Below, one piece after another: positions 1 through 9,102 of a DNA stretch of 43,322 nt. Location of the stretch: the IMG/VR virus record IMGVR_UViG_638341087_000022; one strand, written 5' to 3'. Source of the stretch: a virus. Its lineage: Duplodnaviria > Heunggongvirae > Uroviricota > Caudoviricetes. Both the position numbers and the translations under genes were made by a program. The first letter of the stretch is position 1. Every line of letters starts with the position of its first letter. Below the pieces are notes generated by a model, which saw only the letters and a list, made by a program, of their open reading frames with translations, searched no databases and had not been told where the DNA came from.

Positions 1-1194
1 ATGATCACCGACACAAAGCTCAGGAAGGCGCTCGGCAAGAAAAGAGATGATATCGAGATTATTTCTGATTCGCACGGGCTCAACGCCAGAATCAGCCAGG
101 CCGGAAAAATATCATTTTTCTATCGGTATCGCTGGGCCGGTAAAGCGGTAAAACTCAATGTTGGTGATTATCCTGCAATGAGTATCACCCAGGCAAGAGA
201 GCGTCGCCAACAATTCAGAAACTGGTTAACTGAGGGACTGGATCCGCGAGAGCAGGTGAAGCTGGATAAGCAGACCCGACAGGAAGCGATGTCCGTTGCC
301 GAAGCGTTCAATTACTGGATTGAAAGGCACTGTATCGCTAACGGGCTAGTTAAAGTCGATTACTATCGCCAGGTGTTTGAGAAACATATCGCCGAACCGA
401 TGAAGAATGTCAAAGTCGATAACACAGCGAAAATGCACTGGATCAACGTCTTCGATTCTATAGAAAGCAGGGTGATGGCTCATTACATGCTTTCGCTGTG
501 CAAACGGGCGTTTAGGTTCTGCGTTAACAGAAGTGTGATCGCCTCAAACCCACTCGAGGGATTACTGCCATCTGATGTCGGGCAAAAGCCTAAAAAGAGA
601 ACTCGCAGGATGGACGATGACGATCTGCGCAAAATCTATCAGTGGTTGAAAAGCCATATGTCGATAGAGTCCGTTTTCCTGGTGAAATTTATTATGCTTA
701 CCGGATGCCGTACGGCTGAGATTCGACTTAGTGAGAGATCATGGTTTCGATTGGATGATAATGAGTGGGTCGTGCCTGCGGGCAGTTATAAAACTCGGGT
801 ACATATTAGAAGGGGACTCTCAGACGCCGCCGTTAACCTGGTCAGAAATCACCTCAAGAAAATAAACACCAATCACCTGGTGACTTCACAACGTAAAATT
901 GATGGCGGGATCAAAGATTCGCCCGTTCATTCACCTGTGGCATCCAATTACGCCCGTTCTATTTGGAATGGAACAGGTATGGCAGAGTGGTCGCTTCATG
1001 ATATGAGGCGGACGATAGCCACAAATCTCTCTGAGTTAGGTTGCCCGCCGCACGTAATTGAAAAGCTGCTCGGGCATCAGATGGTGGGGGTTATGGCGCA
1101 TTACAACCTTCATGACTATATCGATGATCAGAAACACTGGCTCCGCGTTTGGCAGAGCCATCTTGAAGAGATCATCGGAGAGCCCTTCAGTTAA
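1..1194 (+). CDS. int: Tyrosine recombinase / integrase, P4-like family (397 aa)
   Basis: ATG at window position 1; N-terminus resembles P4-type integrases; C-terminal HDMRRT...LGH...Y catalytic region typical of tyrosine recombinases. Reads inward, so the attachment site is expected left of the window. Confidence 0.85.
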
Positions 1195-1388
1195 TTTATC
1201 TTCTTTTTATCCTCCCACTCTTTGATTGACTCAGAGCGCCAGCGGTTAGGGTTGCCGGGCCAGTCAGGGGGTGGGAACGGGCATACGAAGCCCCGAGGCA
1301 TTGTGTCTGCACTTTGCCATGACCAAAGGGTTTTGCGTGAAATTTTGTAGCGACTGGTCAGGTCTGACGTTACCAAAATATCATCCAT
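1191..1388 (-). CDS. xis: Excisionase-like winged-helix protein (Xis/AlpA-like, 65 aa from the internal ATG)
   Basis: ORF track 1191..1433; first ATG at 1388 with GGAGAG RBS; segment [25 protein letters not shown] resembles the lambda Xis DNA-binding region; convergent with int, stop codons overlap. Confidence 0.5.
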
Positions 1389-1429
1389 AGCTCTCTCCAG
1401 TTGCCCGTTCGGGCCATTCAAAATCTTTT

Positions 1430-1672
1430 TCAACCAACCTGCCCGGGCAGGGAGCGGAGACGGCGCATGCCGGTCATCGCTGTGGCCACGTAGCTCGCCT
1501 TTCGGTTCACCACCTCCACCCAGACTTTCACGCCTTCAACCTTCACCGTATAAGTCTCTTTCATCTTGCTTCGCCCATAGTCGCCATATGTTTGCAAGTG
1601 AGCTGCCAGCGCGATGTCGCATGCTTGGCGAGCTAAAGGTGATTGCTTACTTCCTCGATTGATCAGTCGCAT
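1430..1672 (-). CDS. Hypothetical early protein (80 aa)
   Basis: ATG at 1672 preceded by AAGGAG RBS; first gene of the leftward operon after recT; no recognised motif. Confidence 0.45.
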   Translation of the reverse strand: MRLINRGSKQSPLARQACDIALAAHLQTYGDYGRSKMKETYTVKVEGVKVWVEVVNRKASYVATAMTGMRRLRSLPGQVG

Positions 1673-1710
1673 ATAATCTCCTTGAGGGAGGGTTACCCCT
1701 CCCGGTCTCG

Positions 1711-2829
1711 TCAGGCCACGTATTCCGGTTTCATATCCGCCAGGGTGATGCTGAATTGATCGTGCAGTTCATCGCCTAAGTGACGCTTTGAAGATGCAAG
1801 CATGCGCTCGGCTTCAGCGAACCGTTCGGCTGCATGCGGCTCGTCGGGCTGGGGCAGGGATTTAATAGCCTCCTCAACCTTGTTGCGTGCATCCACTAGG
1901 TAATAACGCTTTACGGCTTTGTTTTTCAGCTCGGTGAATAGTGCGGATCCCAGCGTAGCTTTCGCCGTTTCAATGTCGGCACGCAGCGATTTGGCGCTAT
2001 CCACGTCCTGAGCAGATTCGATGCGTTCGCGGAAATCATCGGCAAGAGAGTCGACATTTACCGACGATTCCTGTGCGCTTTGCGTGGTTGTGACGGTGTC
2101 ACCTGAGATATCAGCCAGGCTAACGCGTTGCGGCGTTGGGTTGATCTCTTTTTCTGTGCGCTGTTCAATCTCATCAGGGGTGTACACACCAAGAACAACT
2201 GCAGGGCAATATAGGCGCGCCCAGTATTTGAGTGCCAGATAAGCGATCTGCTGTTTCGGGTTTGATACCCAAAGTGGAGAATTACGTGTGATTACGCTGG
2301 AGAGGAAAACAGGCTCTCCCCAGGTGATATCACTTTCACCGCGAATAACGGCACCTACCCGTACCGACAGTCCTTGTTCATCAGCACTTTCCCAACCGCG
2401 TACCATTTCTTTCTTGTCGTACGTCCCGCCACCTTTCGCAGGCTTTTTAACGGTTATCTCGCGGCTGCTGGCACATTTCGACCAGTCGCCCTCGTACTCA
2501 TAGTGAAAGCGGCCAACGATGGCGTTTGAGCTGGAGATCACCGCATTAACCAGTTGCGCTTCGTATCCCAGGACACCGTTAACCAGGTGCGTCTTTTGCG
2601 CCACGGCGTAAGGGTTCATACCCCACTGCATCGCCTGCATGATGATGGCCATGCAGTCTGCCGGATTGCCGCGGAGGTGCTCAGGCACCGTTACGGCTGC
2701 CTGTGCCATCAACCCGGCGACAGACTGAAGCTGGGTTAAAGCCTGCACGTTGAAAATGGCATTGCTGGCTGAGATCGTGTTTGGAGTCTGCTGTTCAGCG
2801 GTTACGATATTCGTGTTTTCCATCATCAT
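1711..2829 (-). CDS. RecT/Redbeta-family single-strand annealing protein (372 aa)
   Basis: Triple ATG start with AAGGGGA RBS; motif QWGMNPYAVAQK parallels lambda Bet QYGLNPWTKE; lies immediately downstream of the RecE-like gene as in Rac/lambda recombination modules. Confidence 0.7.
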   Translation of the reverse strand: MMMENTNIVTAEQQTPNTISASNAIFNVQALTQLQSVAGLMAQAAVTVPEHLRGNPADCMAIIMQAMQWGMNPYAVAQKTHLVNGVLGYEAQLVNAVISSSNAIVGRFHYEYEGDWSKCASSREITVKKPAKGGGTYDKKEMVRGWESADEQGLSVRVGAVIRGESDITWGEPVFLSSVITRNSPLWVSNPKQQIAYLALKYWARLYCPAVVLGVYTPDEIEQRTEKEINPTPQRVSLADISGDTVTTTQSAQESSVNVDSLADDFRERIESAQDVDSAKSLRADIETAKATLGSALFTELKNKAVKRYYLVDARNKVEEAIKSLPQPDEPHAAERFAEAERMLASSKRHLGDELHDQFSITLADMKPEYVA

Positions 2830-2834
2830 TCCCC

Positions 2835-5800
2835 TTATGCCTGAGTACGCAGCGCTTCAAGGCGGCGCAGGTCGAAGTCGTTCAGTTCGTCGGTGTAGTC
2901 AGCAGTGATTGGCGCTGGCCATTCACCTGTGTCGAATCCGGTTGCGATATTGCGCATCGCTTTGCGGTACTCGAGCATACCCAGCTCCAGTAGTTCAGCG
3001 GATGCCTCGATGATGGCGATCCAGTGGTAGTTCTCGTCTTTGTTGACGAAAATCCAGAAGAACTGATCCAGCGCTGCGGTTTCGCAGTACATAGCCGCGC
3101 TCAGGTGATAATCACGTTCAATAATTTCCCGGTGTAGCCTGGCGCGCAGGCTTTCCTGCTTAACATTCCACATGCTGATGGTTTTCAGGTCTGCACCTAT
3201 ACGCACGCCATCCAGGTCGATCTCAAGGTCAGGGCGCACACGAACTTCCAAGCCCGTCTCCTCGTCAAAACCAAAGTAGCTCACCTCAACGGCTCGGCTA
3301 GGGTGGGTCAGCAGCATGCCGGCGGTCGGGTGTGCCAGAAGCGCTTTTTGAATATTCAGCGCGGTGCTCAGCTGCTGGCGGGTGACCAGCACTTTTCCTT
3401 CCGGGTTATCGCGCCAGGCATCCAGCAGTTCGTCGGCAAATACGGCATCTGGTTTGACTGCCTTCACGGCCTGGATCATGTCTGCTTTGGTACCGGACAC
3501 TTTCAGTGGTGCCGGTTTCTGTGCTTCCTGAGCCACAAGGTCAGGGTTGATGATTGCCAACTGCTCCAGCAGCGCGTCACGGCTGCCGCTGGTTTTAACC
3601 GGCGGCGGCAGGGTGGCGTTGTACTCTTTAATGCATGCCTTCATTGCCGTCGCCGTCTGCTTCTGGTCACCATCAATACGCTGGAAGTCAGCTGGCAGCG
3701 CCATATAGGTCTGTGCCGTTTCTTCCAGGTTAGCGCCAAGCGGAACCTGCGGCGGCAGGGTGGCGTTGTACTCTTCCAGTAACACCTTGATGTCGTCGGC
3801 AGACAGCAGCGCCGGCAGGCTGGCATTGTGCTCATCGATAAAGGCGCGCAGGGTCGCGGCCGTTGTGAATGCGCCTTCAGGGATCACCGGTTCAACGCTG
3901 AATTCTGCGTCCAGTAGTTCAGGCTGCAACGCCAGCGCATGCACCAAGTTGCCCATGTCCAGCACCGCTGAGCGCTCTTTGACGATGGTTTTCTCTACGT
4001 GGCGCGCATTGAAGTACATCAGCGAAACGCGCGCATCTTTCACCTGGGTTGAGCTGATGCCGTTGGCGGCGTGGTAAACCTCGTTTGGCAGCCCTTCATA
4101 GCGGCCTGGCTCGAAATAAGCGGGATAAACAACAGCTGGTTCGTCAGATTGCGCTTCTGGCTCGGTTTGTGCTGCAACTGGTTCGGTTTGGCTTACAGAA
4201 TCGCTATTTTTGGCGACAGAATCCGTATTCTGGTTTACATCGTCCTTCTGGCTGGTATCTGACTCTTCACCAGACTCCAGACTGCTTTCGCCTGGCTGTA
4301 CTTCATCACCAGCTTGTTTTTCATCACTGACAGTTTCTTGAACCTGCACATTGCTGGTGGTCTCCGTAGCCTTTTTCGTGCCATGAGTTGCTGAGTTCTG
4401 CAGCAAAGCCGTAACGTCGAATATTCCGTTGCCGACATTTTTAACCAGTTCTTGTTCGACTTTCTGCGGTTGTGCTGCCGCTTCCTCTGCGCGGCGGCGT
4501 GCTCCTTCTTCACGCACGCGTTGCAGGTTCTCTTCGTGAGTGCAGAAGGATTTGCGCGGAGACTCCTTACCTTCAGGTTGGGGAATTTCCTGTGCTGCGG
4601 GTTCAGCCTCATGCAACGGCAATAACTCGACCGCGGAATTGAACGCGGCTGTCATGGTCTGGTTAACAAATTCCAGGTGAGCGACAGGAGTTAAATGAAT
4701 ATTTTCCGGTGCGATACGTACCAGGTTAAAAATAGCCGTGCGGTTAACACCCAGAACGCCTGGCTGATTGCGCAGGATGTTGCTCCATGATTTCCATGGT
4801 TCTTCTTTTTTGGTCACGATTTCTTTAGCGCGACGAAGAATGCTGCCCGGGATCTCGAAGTGGTTGAAGTCCATAGGCAGAAGGGCACACGCAATCTCTA
4901 AATCGAGAGTGTCCAGTGTGTGGTGTGCGTCAGGTCCACGGTCAGTGACGTAACCGCCGTCGGCATTAGTGCCGGAATCAGTACGCTGCACACTACTGAT
5001 GCGATTACCGGCGGCCCATTCGCGAACGAGGATACCGCGGTCGATGTGATCTGTAGCGAACCACAATTTCAAAAACTGGATTAAGGTTGCGAGTTCAGGG
5101 ATTTTTCCATCGACAGGGAAGACTTTCTTAACGGCATTCACGACTTTATGAATATCGTGCTCAATGGCTTTTTTGAATGCTTCCACATTCTCAGCTGCCA
5201 GCAGCAGGTTCTGGACGTACGCGTCATCGGTGTCCATCTCAAGGAGGACAATCTCATTTTTCTGCCCTGCGTCGATGTGATAGAGATATTCACCATCACC
5301 GATGAACTGAGCCAGTACGCGCTGGCGGAATGGCAGGGTGGCAACAACGATCAGGTTCGGTTGCTGTGTCTGCTGGGATTGCTCTTCGGTATCGACTTCA
5401 CCATCAACGACGCCACCTTCTGCCCGGCCGTTCTCGTCGGTCTGGATACCGTCCTCAACAGTGAGATCTTGACCCGTTGTAACGTCAGCAGCGTTGCTGG
5501 TTTCAGTTTTGAGCAACTGCAACTTACCACTGCGCCAGTCTTCTACCAGTTGATTGCGGTCACCGGCATCGGTGTTCACCCAGTCAGACATGAATGCAGC
5601 GATCAATCTTGGTTCGTGCTCTTCGTCTGGTGTGAAAATGTCCTTAACCGCCCGAATCATTTTCCACTCAGCATTCAGGCTGAGTTTGGCGGTCGCGGGC
5701 ACATCGTTCCTTGCCACAAGCAGGCTATGGAGATATGTATTGCCTTCATCCAGTGACATTTCGCTGGCAGCCAACTGCTGCTCTTTAGTGACGTGGGTTT

Positions 5801-6224
5801 GGTATTTATCGTTCATCAGATGGACGGCAAAGCGGACCGCTGGAGTACGGTTTTCAACCGGGACAATTTCGGACGCAGTCGCATCTTCAACGATTACGGT
5901 CGGAGTAGGTGTGTAGGGGGCGTAAACGGAACCAGTAGACACACCAGCGGCTTTTGGCAGCCAGGTGCGCCCATCGTCCTGAAGCTCGTAGCGATCACAC
6001 CAGGTAAAATCAACTTCACCTTCTTTCGGCAGGCCGTCGACAACTGGGAAATCAGTGCGAATCGGTTTGGCGTAGTCCTTACCCCGACCTGTTTCGATAC
6101 CTGCATCTTCCAGCGCAACATCCAGCATCAGATTGGCGCGAGCCTCGGTTTTAGCAGTGAACCAGACCACTGCATCTTGCTTTCCGGATTTCTGAGTGGC
6201 TTTAACCACATTAAAGAATTCCAT
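2835..6224 (-). CDS. recE: RecE-like exodeoxyribonuclease VIII (1129 aa) with internal repeats
   Basis: Very long ORF; C-terminal region resembles the RecE nuclease domain; paired with the annealing-protein gene; contains three EYNA(T/S)LPP-type repeat units. Confidence 0.7.
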   Translation of the reverse strand: MEFFNVVKATQKSGKQDAVVWFTAKTEARANLMLDVALEDAGIETGRGKDYAKPIRTDFPVVDGLPKEGEVDFTWCDRYELQDDGRTWLPKAAGVSTGSVYAPYTPTPTVIVEDATASEIVPVENRTPAVRFAVHLMNDKYQTHVTKEQQLAASEMSLDEGNTYLHSLLVARNDVPATAKLSLNAEWKMIRAVKDIFTPDEEHEPRLIAAFMSDWVNTDAGDRNQLVEDWRSGKLQLLKTETSNAADVTTGQDLTVEDGIQTDENGRAEGGVVDGEVDTEEQSQQTQQPNLIVVATLPFRQRVLAQFIGDGEYLYHIDAGQKNEIVLLEMDTDDAYVQNLLLAAENVEAFKKAIEHDIHKVVNAVKKVFPVDGKIPELATLIQFLKLWFATDHIDRGILVREWAAGNRISSVQRTDSGTNADGGYVTDRGPDAHHTLDTLDLEIACALLPMDFNHFEIPGSILRRAKEIVTKKEEPWKSWSNILRNQPGVLGVNRTAIFNLVRIAPENIHLTPVAHLEFVNQTMTAAFNSAVELLPLHEAEPAAQEIPQPEGKESPRKSFCTHEENLQRVREEGARRRAEEAAAQPQKVEQELVKNVGNGIFDVTALLQNSATHGTKKATETTSNVQVQETVSDEKQAGDEVQPGESSLESGEESDTSQKDDVNQNTDSVAKNSDSVSQTEPVAAQTEPEAQSDEPAVVYPAYFEPGRYEGLPNEVYHAANGISSTQVKDARVSLMYFNARHVEKTIVKERSAVLDMGNLVHALALQPELLDAEFSVEPVIPEGAFTTAATLRAFIDEHNASLPALLSADDIKVLLEEYNATLPPQVPLGANLEETAQTYMALPADFQRIDGDQKQTATAMKACIKEYNATLPPPVKTSGSRDALLEQLAIINPDLVAQEAQKPAPLKVSGTKADMIQAVKAVKPDAVFADELLDAWRDNPEGKVLVTRQQLSTALNIQKALLAHPTAGMLLTHPSRAVEVSYFGFDEETGLEVRVRPDLEIDLDGVRIGADLKTISMWNVKQESLRARLHREIIERDYHLSAAMYCETAALDQFFWIFVNKDENYHWIAIIEASAELLELGMLEYRKAMRNIATGFDTGEWPAPITADYTDELNDFDLRRLEALRTQA

Positions 6225-6363
6225 GTGAGATCCTCATTTTTGGGTGTTAGAATCCCCGGACCATTGATAGCGCCCATTGGGTTAACTTTGGTTTTAATGT
6301 TGTTTCCGGTGTAACTTTGGTCGGTACCACCGGACGTAGATCCCGCCTTGCGCGGGTTTTACG

Positions 6364-6525
6364 TTAGCCTTCGTGAGCCATCTGGTCGTGCGAAGCGCAA
6401 CGTTTGGAGCAATACTCTTTTTCTTTGCGCGCCAGCTGTGAGCCGTTGCGATAGAGAAGGGTGCTCTTGATTACTTCCTCCGTTTTAACCGGCTTGCCGC
6501 AATATCCGCATTTCTTGTCTAACAT
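6364..6525 (-). CDS. Small C4 zinc-ribbon protein (53 aa), not in the ORF track
   Basis: ATG at 6525 with GGAGGA RBS; CGYCG...C..RC cysteine pairs; sits in the position of Rac ydaE between recE and the kil-position gene. Confidence 0.4.
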   Translation of the reverse strand: MLDKKCGYCGKPVKTEEVIKSTLLYRNGSQLARKEKEYCSKRCASHDQMAHEG

Positions 6526-6536
6526 GACATCCTCCG

Positions 6537-6743
6537 CTAGTGGCTGAGTCCATGCCCCAGACCGTTCAGATAAACTTCAACCAGCAAATCCTTGGTGTAA
6601 GTCATTTCTACGCCGCGATGCAGATACAAACGTCCGCGAGCGTTAGCTGATGCCGTCCAGGTTGAGTCTTTGTGTTTGACGAGCATCCCCGGCTGAACTG
6701 CGCCGCGGTTTACTGTCTGTGTACCGTAGTGCTGATGAACCAT
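6537..6743 (-). CDS. Small early-left protein (68 aa), KilR-position
   Basis: Track ORF 6537..6887 begins with TTG; the only ATG is at 6743 and has a GGAG RBS; function not recognisable. Confidence 0.35.
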   Translation of the reverse strand: MVHQHYGTQTVNRGAVQPGMLVKHKDSTWTASANARGRLYLHRGVEMTYTKDLLVEVYLNGLGHGLSH

Positions 6744-6989
6744 GATGTTCTCCAGTTTTTCTGAGTGAACTTCGCTGGTGGTGCCGCGGCGCTGATCTTC
6801 ACGGTTGAGCGTTTTAACTCTGCAATTCACCACCGCGAAGCTCACTCTGTGCTTTGCCCTTGTCGCCAGGCTGGCGGAACGTTTCAAACCTACTGCGCGT
6901 TAATCTCACCACCTCATTCCGGTCTTCGTATGCCCCGGACAGCTTCTTCGTGGGCGTCCTGCTTTGGTGGTTGTGTTGATGGAGTAATT

Positions 6990-7030
6990 AAACACAATGT
7001 TTATTTACGCGTCAACATAATGAGTGTTTT
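6990..7030. promoter_or_regulatory. OL-like operator cluster
   Basis: Motifs AAACACAATGTTTA and CAACATAATG repeat the half-sites found in the cI-cro intergenic region. Confidence 0.35.
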
Positions 7031-7127
7031 TATATAAACAAAAAGTTTAGTTGGTTGCGCTCGTTGGCACGAGTAGTATGTTTTGTGGTCTATTTTGTGG
7101 TTATAAAAAAATCGATGAGGGTGAGTT

Positions 7128-7334
7128 ATGGATCGTGACGAACTGGAAGAAGACCGCGCAGCGTTTATTGCGGGGGAGATTGGTGGCGCAGTTGTCAGTC
7201 TGATAGCTAACGGGATTGTGATCAGCCGCGATGCGATTGTGGATAGTCTAGAGGCTAAGCGCAGGGTAGTGGGAAACGTCATTCACAAGTGGGTATTGCG
7301 GGATGCGGCTGCTATGGTGAGAAAAGGGCAATAA
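7128..7334 (+). CDS. Hypothetical small protein (68 aa)
   Basis: ATG with GAGGGTGAG RBS; ends just before a perfect hairpin terminator; opposite orientation to both flanking operons. Confidence 0.4.
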   Translation: MDRDELEEDRAAFIAGEIGGAVVSLIANGIVISRDAIVDSLEAKRRVVGNVIHKWVLRDAAAMVRKGQ

Positions 7335-7336
7335 AA

Positions 7337-7358
7337 AACCCAGTTCGGTAACTGGGTT
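7337..7358. terminator. Bidirectional intrinsic terminator
   Basis: AACCCAGTT-CGGT-AACTGGGTT, 9-bp perfect stem, flanked by an A-run upstream and a T-rich tract downstream. Confidence 0.55.
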
Positions 7359-7364
7359 ATTGCT

Positions 7365-7790
7365 TTATTCAACAGATGATGGGGGGGTCGGTGCTTTCTT
7401 AAAGATCGACCACTGAGAAATGTAGGTCAGCAACCTTGAGCTTAACTCGAGTTCTTTTTGTAATATTTCGTCATAACGTTTTTTTGCTGCTTGCATGGTC
7501 GCATCACTAGCGTGATTGTCATCCATAATGATCTTTAGCCTTTTCTTTTCTCGGCTTGAGCATATTGTAAATAACAGACCTGTAAATGACATTCCACCAA
7601 AATCCTTTAACGTTTTGATTACAAAAAGAAGAATCAAAGACAGAAAAGGAACAGATCTGTAGGCCCAATCACGAAACTCACCGTCAGGAAAGAAGATAGG
7701 AATAGCATCTGTAGCATAACCACATATGAGGGAGACAATTAGAAAAGGTAGTCCATTTTTAGCTACATTTTTAACGTTATCGTTAGCCAT
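7365..7790 (-). CDS. Membrane protein (141 aa), possible SieB-type exclusion protein
   Basis: ATG at 7790 overlaps the stop of the upstream gene by 8 nt; about three hydrophobic segments in the N-terminal half, charged helical C-terminus; AT-rich. Confidence 0.5.
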   Translation of the reverse strand: MANDNVKNVAKNGLPFLIVSLICGYATDAIPIFFPDGEFRDWAYRSVPFLSLILLFVIKTLKDFGGMSFTGLLFTICSSREKKRLKIIMDDNHASDATMQAAKKRYDEILQKELELSSRLLTYISQWSIFKKAPTPPSSVE

Positions 7791-8166
7791 GATTTTTTCC
7801 CGAGAACGATTTCGAGTCAACATGTAACTTTTGTGTTTTGACTACATAATACGCAAATCCAATCTTAACTAACCAATAAGCTACTGGTATGAGTGCTGCG
7901 TAAAGAGGGATATAGTACATAACCTTACCTCCTGTTAACCACACTATAACACCTAGCATCACTATTAGCGCGACAGAAAATGCTTTCAGCCCAACACAGC
8001 TATCAGGATGTGAAACACTGTTCCTTAGCAACAATATCCTGGATTCATCAAGTGTGTAAGGAATATCGCCAACATGATTTTCGATTTTTGGGAAGGTCTC
8101 AAATACTTCAACCCGATCAATCGAAATAATTGAGCTTGATTGATGATCTAAGCAAACTGCAGCCAC
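7783..8166 (-). CDS. Membrane protein (127 aa; 2 predicted TM helices)
   Basis: GTG start at 8166 with GAGAGGGA RBS, 2 nt after the stop of the upstream gene; C-terminal hydrophobic helices AFSVALIVMLGVIVWL and YYIPLYAALIPVAYWLV. Confidence 0.45.
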   Translation of the reverse strand: MAAVCLDHQSSSIISIDRVEVFETFPKIENHVGDIPYTLDESRILLLRNSVSHPDSCVGLKAFSVALIVMLGVIVWLTGGKVMYYIPLYAALIPVAYWLVKIGFAYYVVKTQKLHVDSKSFSGKNHG

Positions 8167-8168
8167 TG

Positions 8169-8492
8169 TTATCCCTCTCGAACCTTTAGTGATACTCGGT
8201 TAGCAGCAAATGTGGCAATGAAACCACATTCTACACATATAACAGGGAATGCCCATATACCTCGGCCAGCTGAATGAGGTAGAGGAAGGGTAATTATTGC
8301 AGGATAGTCTTGACTATCTTCTCGTGGAGGAACTCCCCAAAGCGTATGCTTACAAAGCGGACAGGCCATCTCGCCATGTTTTTCTTCGAGGCGTTGAAAA
8401 TAATCTCGAAATTCTTGTCTTGATATTGATAGCGTCAATGCTGTTGTATTGACACTTTCCTGACTTTTTTCTTCTTCAACCTGTTCGCCCAT
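8169..8492 (-). CDS. Zn-ribbon protein (107 aa)
   Basis: ATG at 8492; CPLC...CVEC cysteine pairs; first gene after cI, separated from it by a hairpin. Confidence 0.45.
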   Translation of the reverse strand: MGEQVEEEKSQESVNTTALTLSISRQEFRDYFQRLEEKHGEMACPLCKHTLWGVPPREDSQDYPAIITLPLPHSAGRGIWAFPVICVECGFIATFAANRVSLKVREG

Positions 8493-8603
8493 CTCAGCTC
8501 TCAATATAATGATAATTAACTGGTAAGTGAATTTTGCATATCGTTAAGATGTATCCCATTGGTACAGAAACATCTGAGGGGTAAGTAGCTTTTAACTACC
8601 GTG

Positions 8604-8999
8604 CTACTCACCATCCCCCTTAATCCGCCGTCCCATGTACTTGGCGTACAGTTCATCGAGTTCTTTCAACCGTAGAGATACGATCCGCAACATGTTCTGT
8701 TGTTCTTCTTCGTTTGGGAGTTGATTATAGAGTTCCAACAGTCTCCGTTCGTCGTGTCTCAAACCGTCCTTAGCATCCACGTCCTGACCTAGAACCCACT
8801 CAAGACTTACGCCTAGCGCATCGGCAAGTTTTATTGCTGAGCTTTTTCCTATCGCTCCTCTGACAAACCAGTTGTTGACTGATTGTGCGCTCACACCACA
8901 GATTCTCGCTATATCCGCTTTGGATATGCGCTTCTTCTCGATGATTTCATTTAACCGCCGAACCTGCGGGTTATCTGTTTGGTGTGTGTTTTTTCTCAT
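8604..8999 (-). CDS. CI-type repressor, HTH (XRE family), no S24 peptidase domain (131 aa)
   Basis: HTH segment ISKADIARICGVSAQSVNNW; divergent from a Cro-like gene across an operator-bearing intergenic region; too short for a LexA-like autocleavage domain. Confidence 0.7.
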   Translation of the reverse strand: MRKNTHQTDNPQVRRLNEIIEKKRISKADIARICGVSAQSVNNWFVRGAIGKSSAIKLADALGVSLEWVLGQDVDAKDGLRHDERRLLELYNQLPNEEEQQNMLRIVSLRLKELDELYAKYMGRRIKGDGE

Positions 9000-9031
9000 A
9001 TATCAAGATTCTAAACTAAAAGTTTATCGCC

Positions 9032-9072
9032 TCAACATTCATAATGTTGACTTGAACATAAACATAATGTTT
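9032..9072. promoter_or_regulatory. OR-like operators
   Basis: TCAACATTCATAATGTTGA (7-bp inverted arms) and AAACATAATGTTT (13-bp palindrome) between the divergent repressor and Cro-like genes. Confidence 0.5.
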
Positions 9073-9102
9073 AATTTGGTTCGTTATTACTTGGAGCCAA
9101 AT

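Noticed and set aside
3303-6314. Multiple + strand ORFs (e.g. 3303..3782, 5148..5756, 5793..6314) inside the RecE-like gene
   Set aside because: Antisense to a long, well-supported coding region, with no RBS or coherent domains; likely spurious.
6342-6360. Hairpin CCCGC-CTTGC-GCGGG plus TTTT as a terminator of the leftward operon
   Set aside because: The T-run follows the hairpin only on the + strand; on the minus strand no U-tract follows, so it would not terminate before recE.
8872-9102. Long N-terminal extension of the Cro-like ORF overlapping the repressor start
   Set aside because: It would cover the operator region; the Cro-like HTH protein starts at ATG 9103 with a GGAG RBS.
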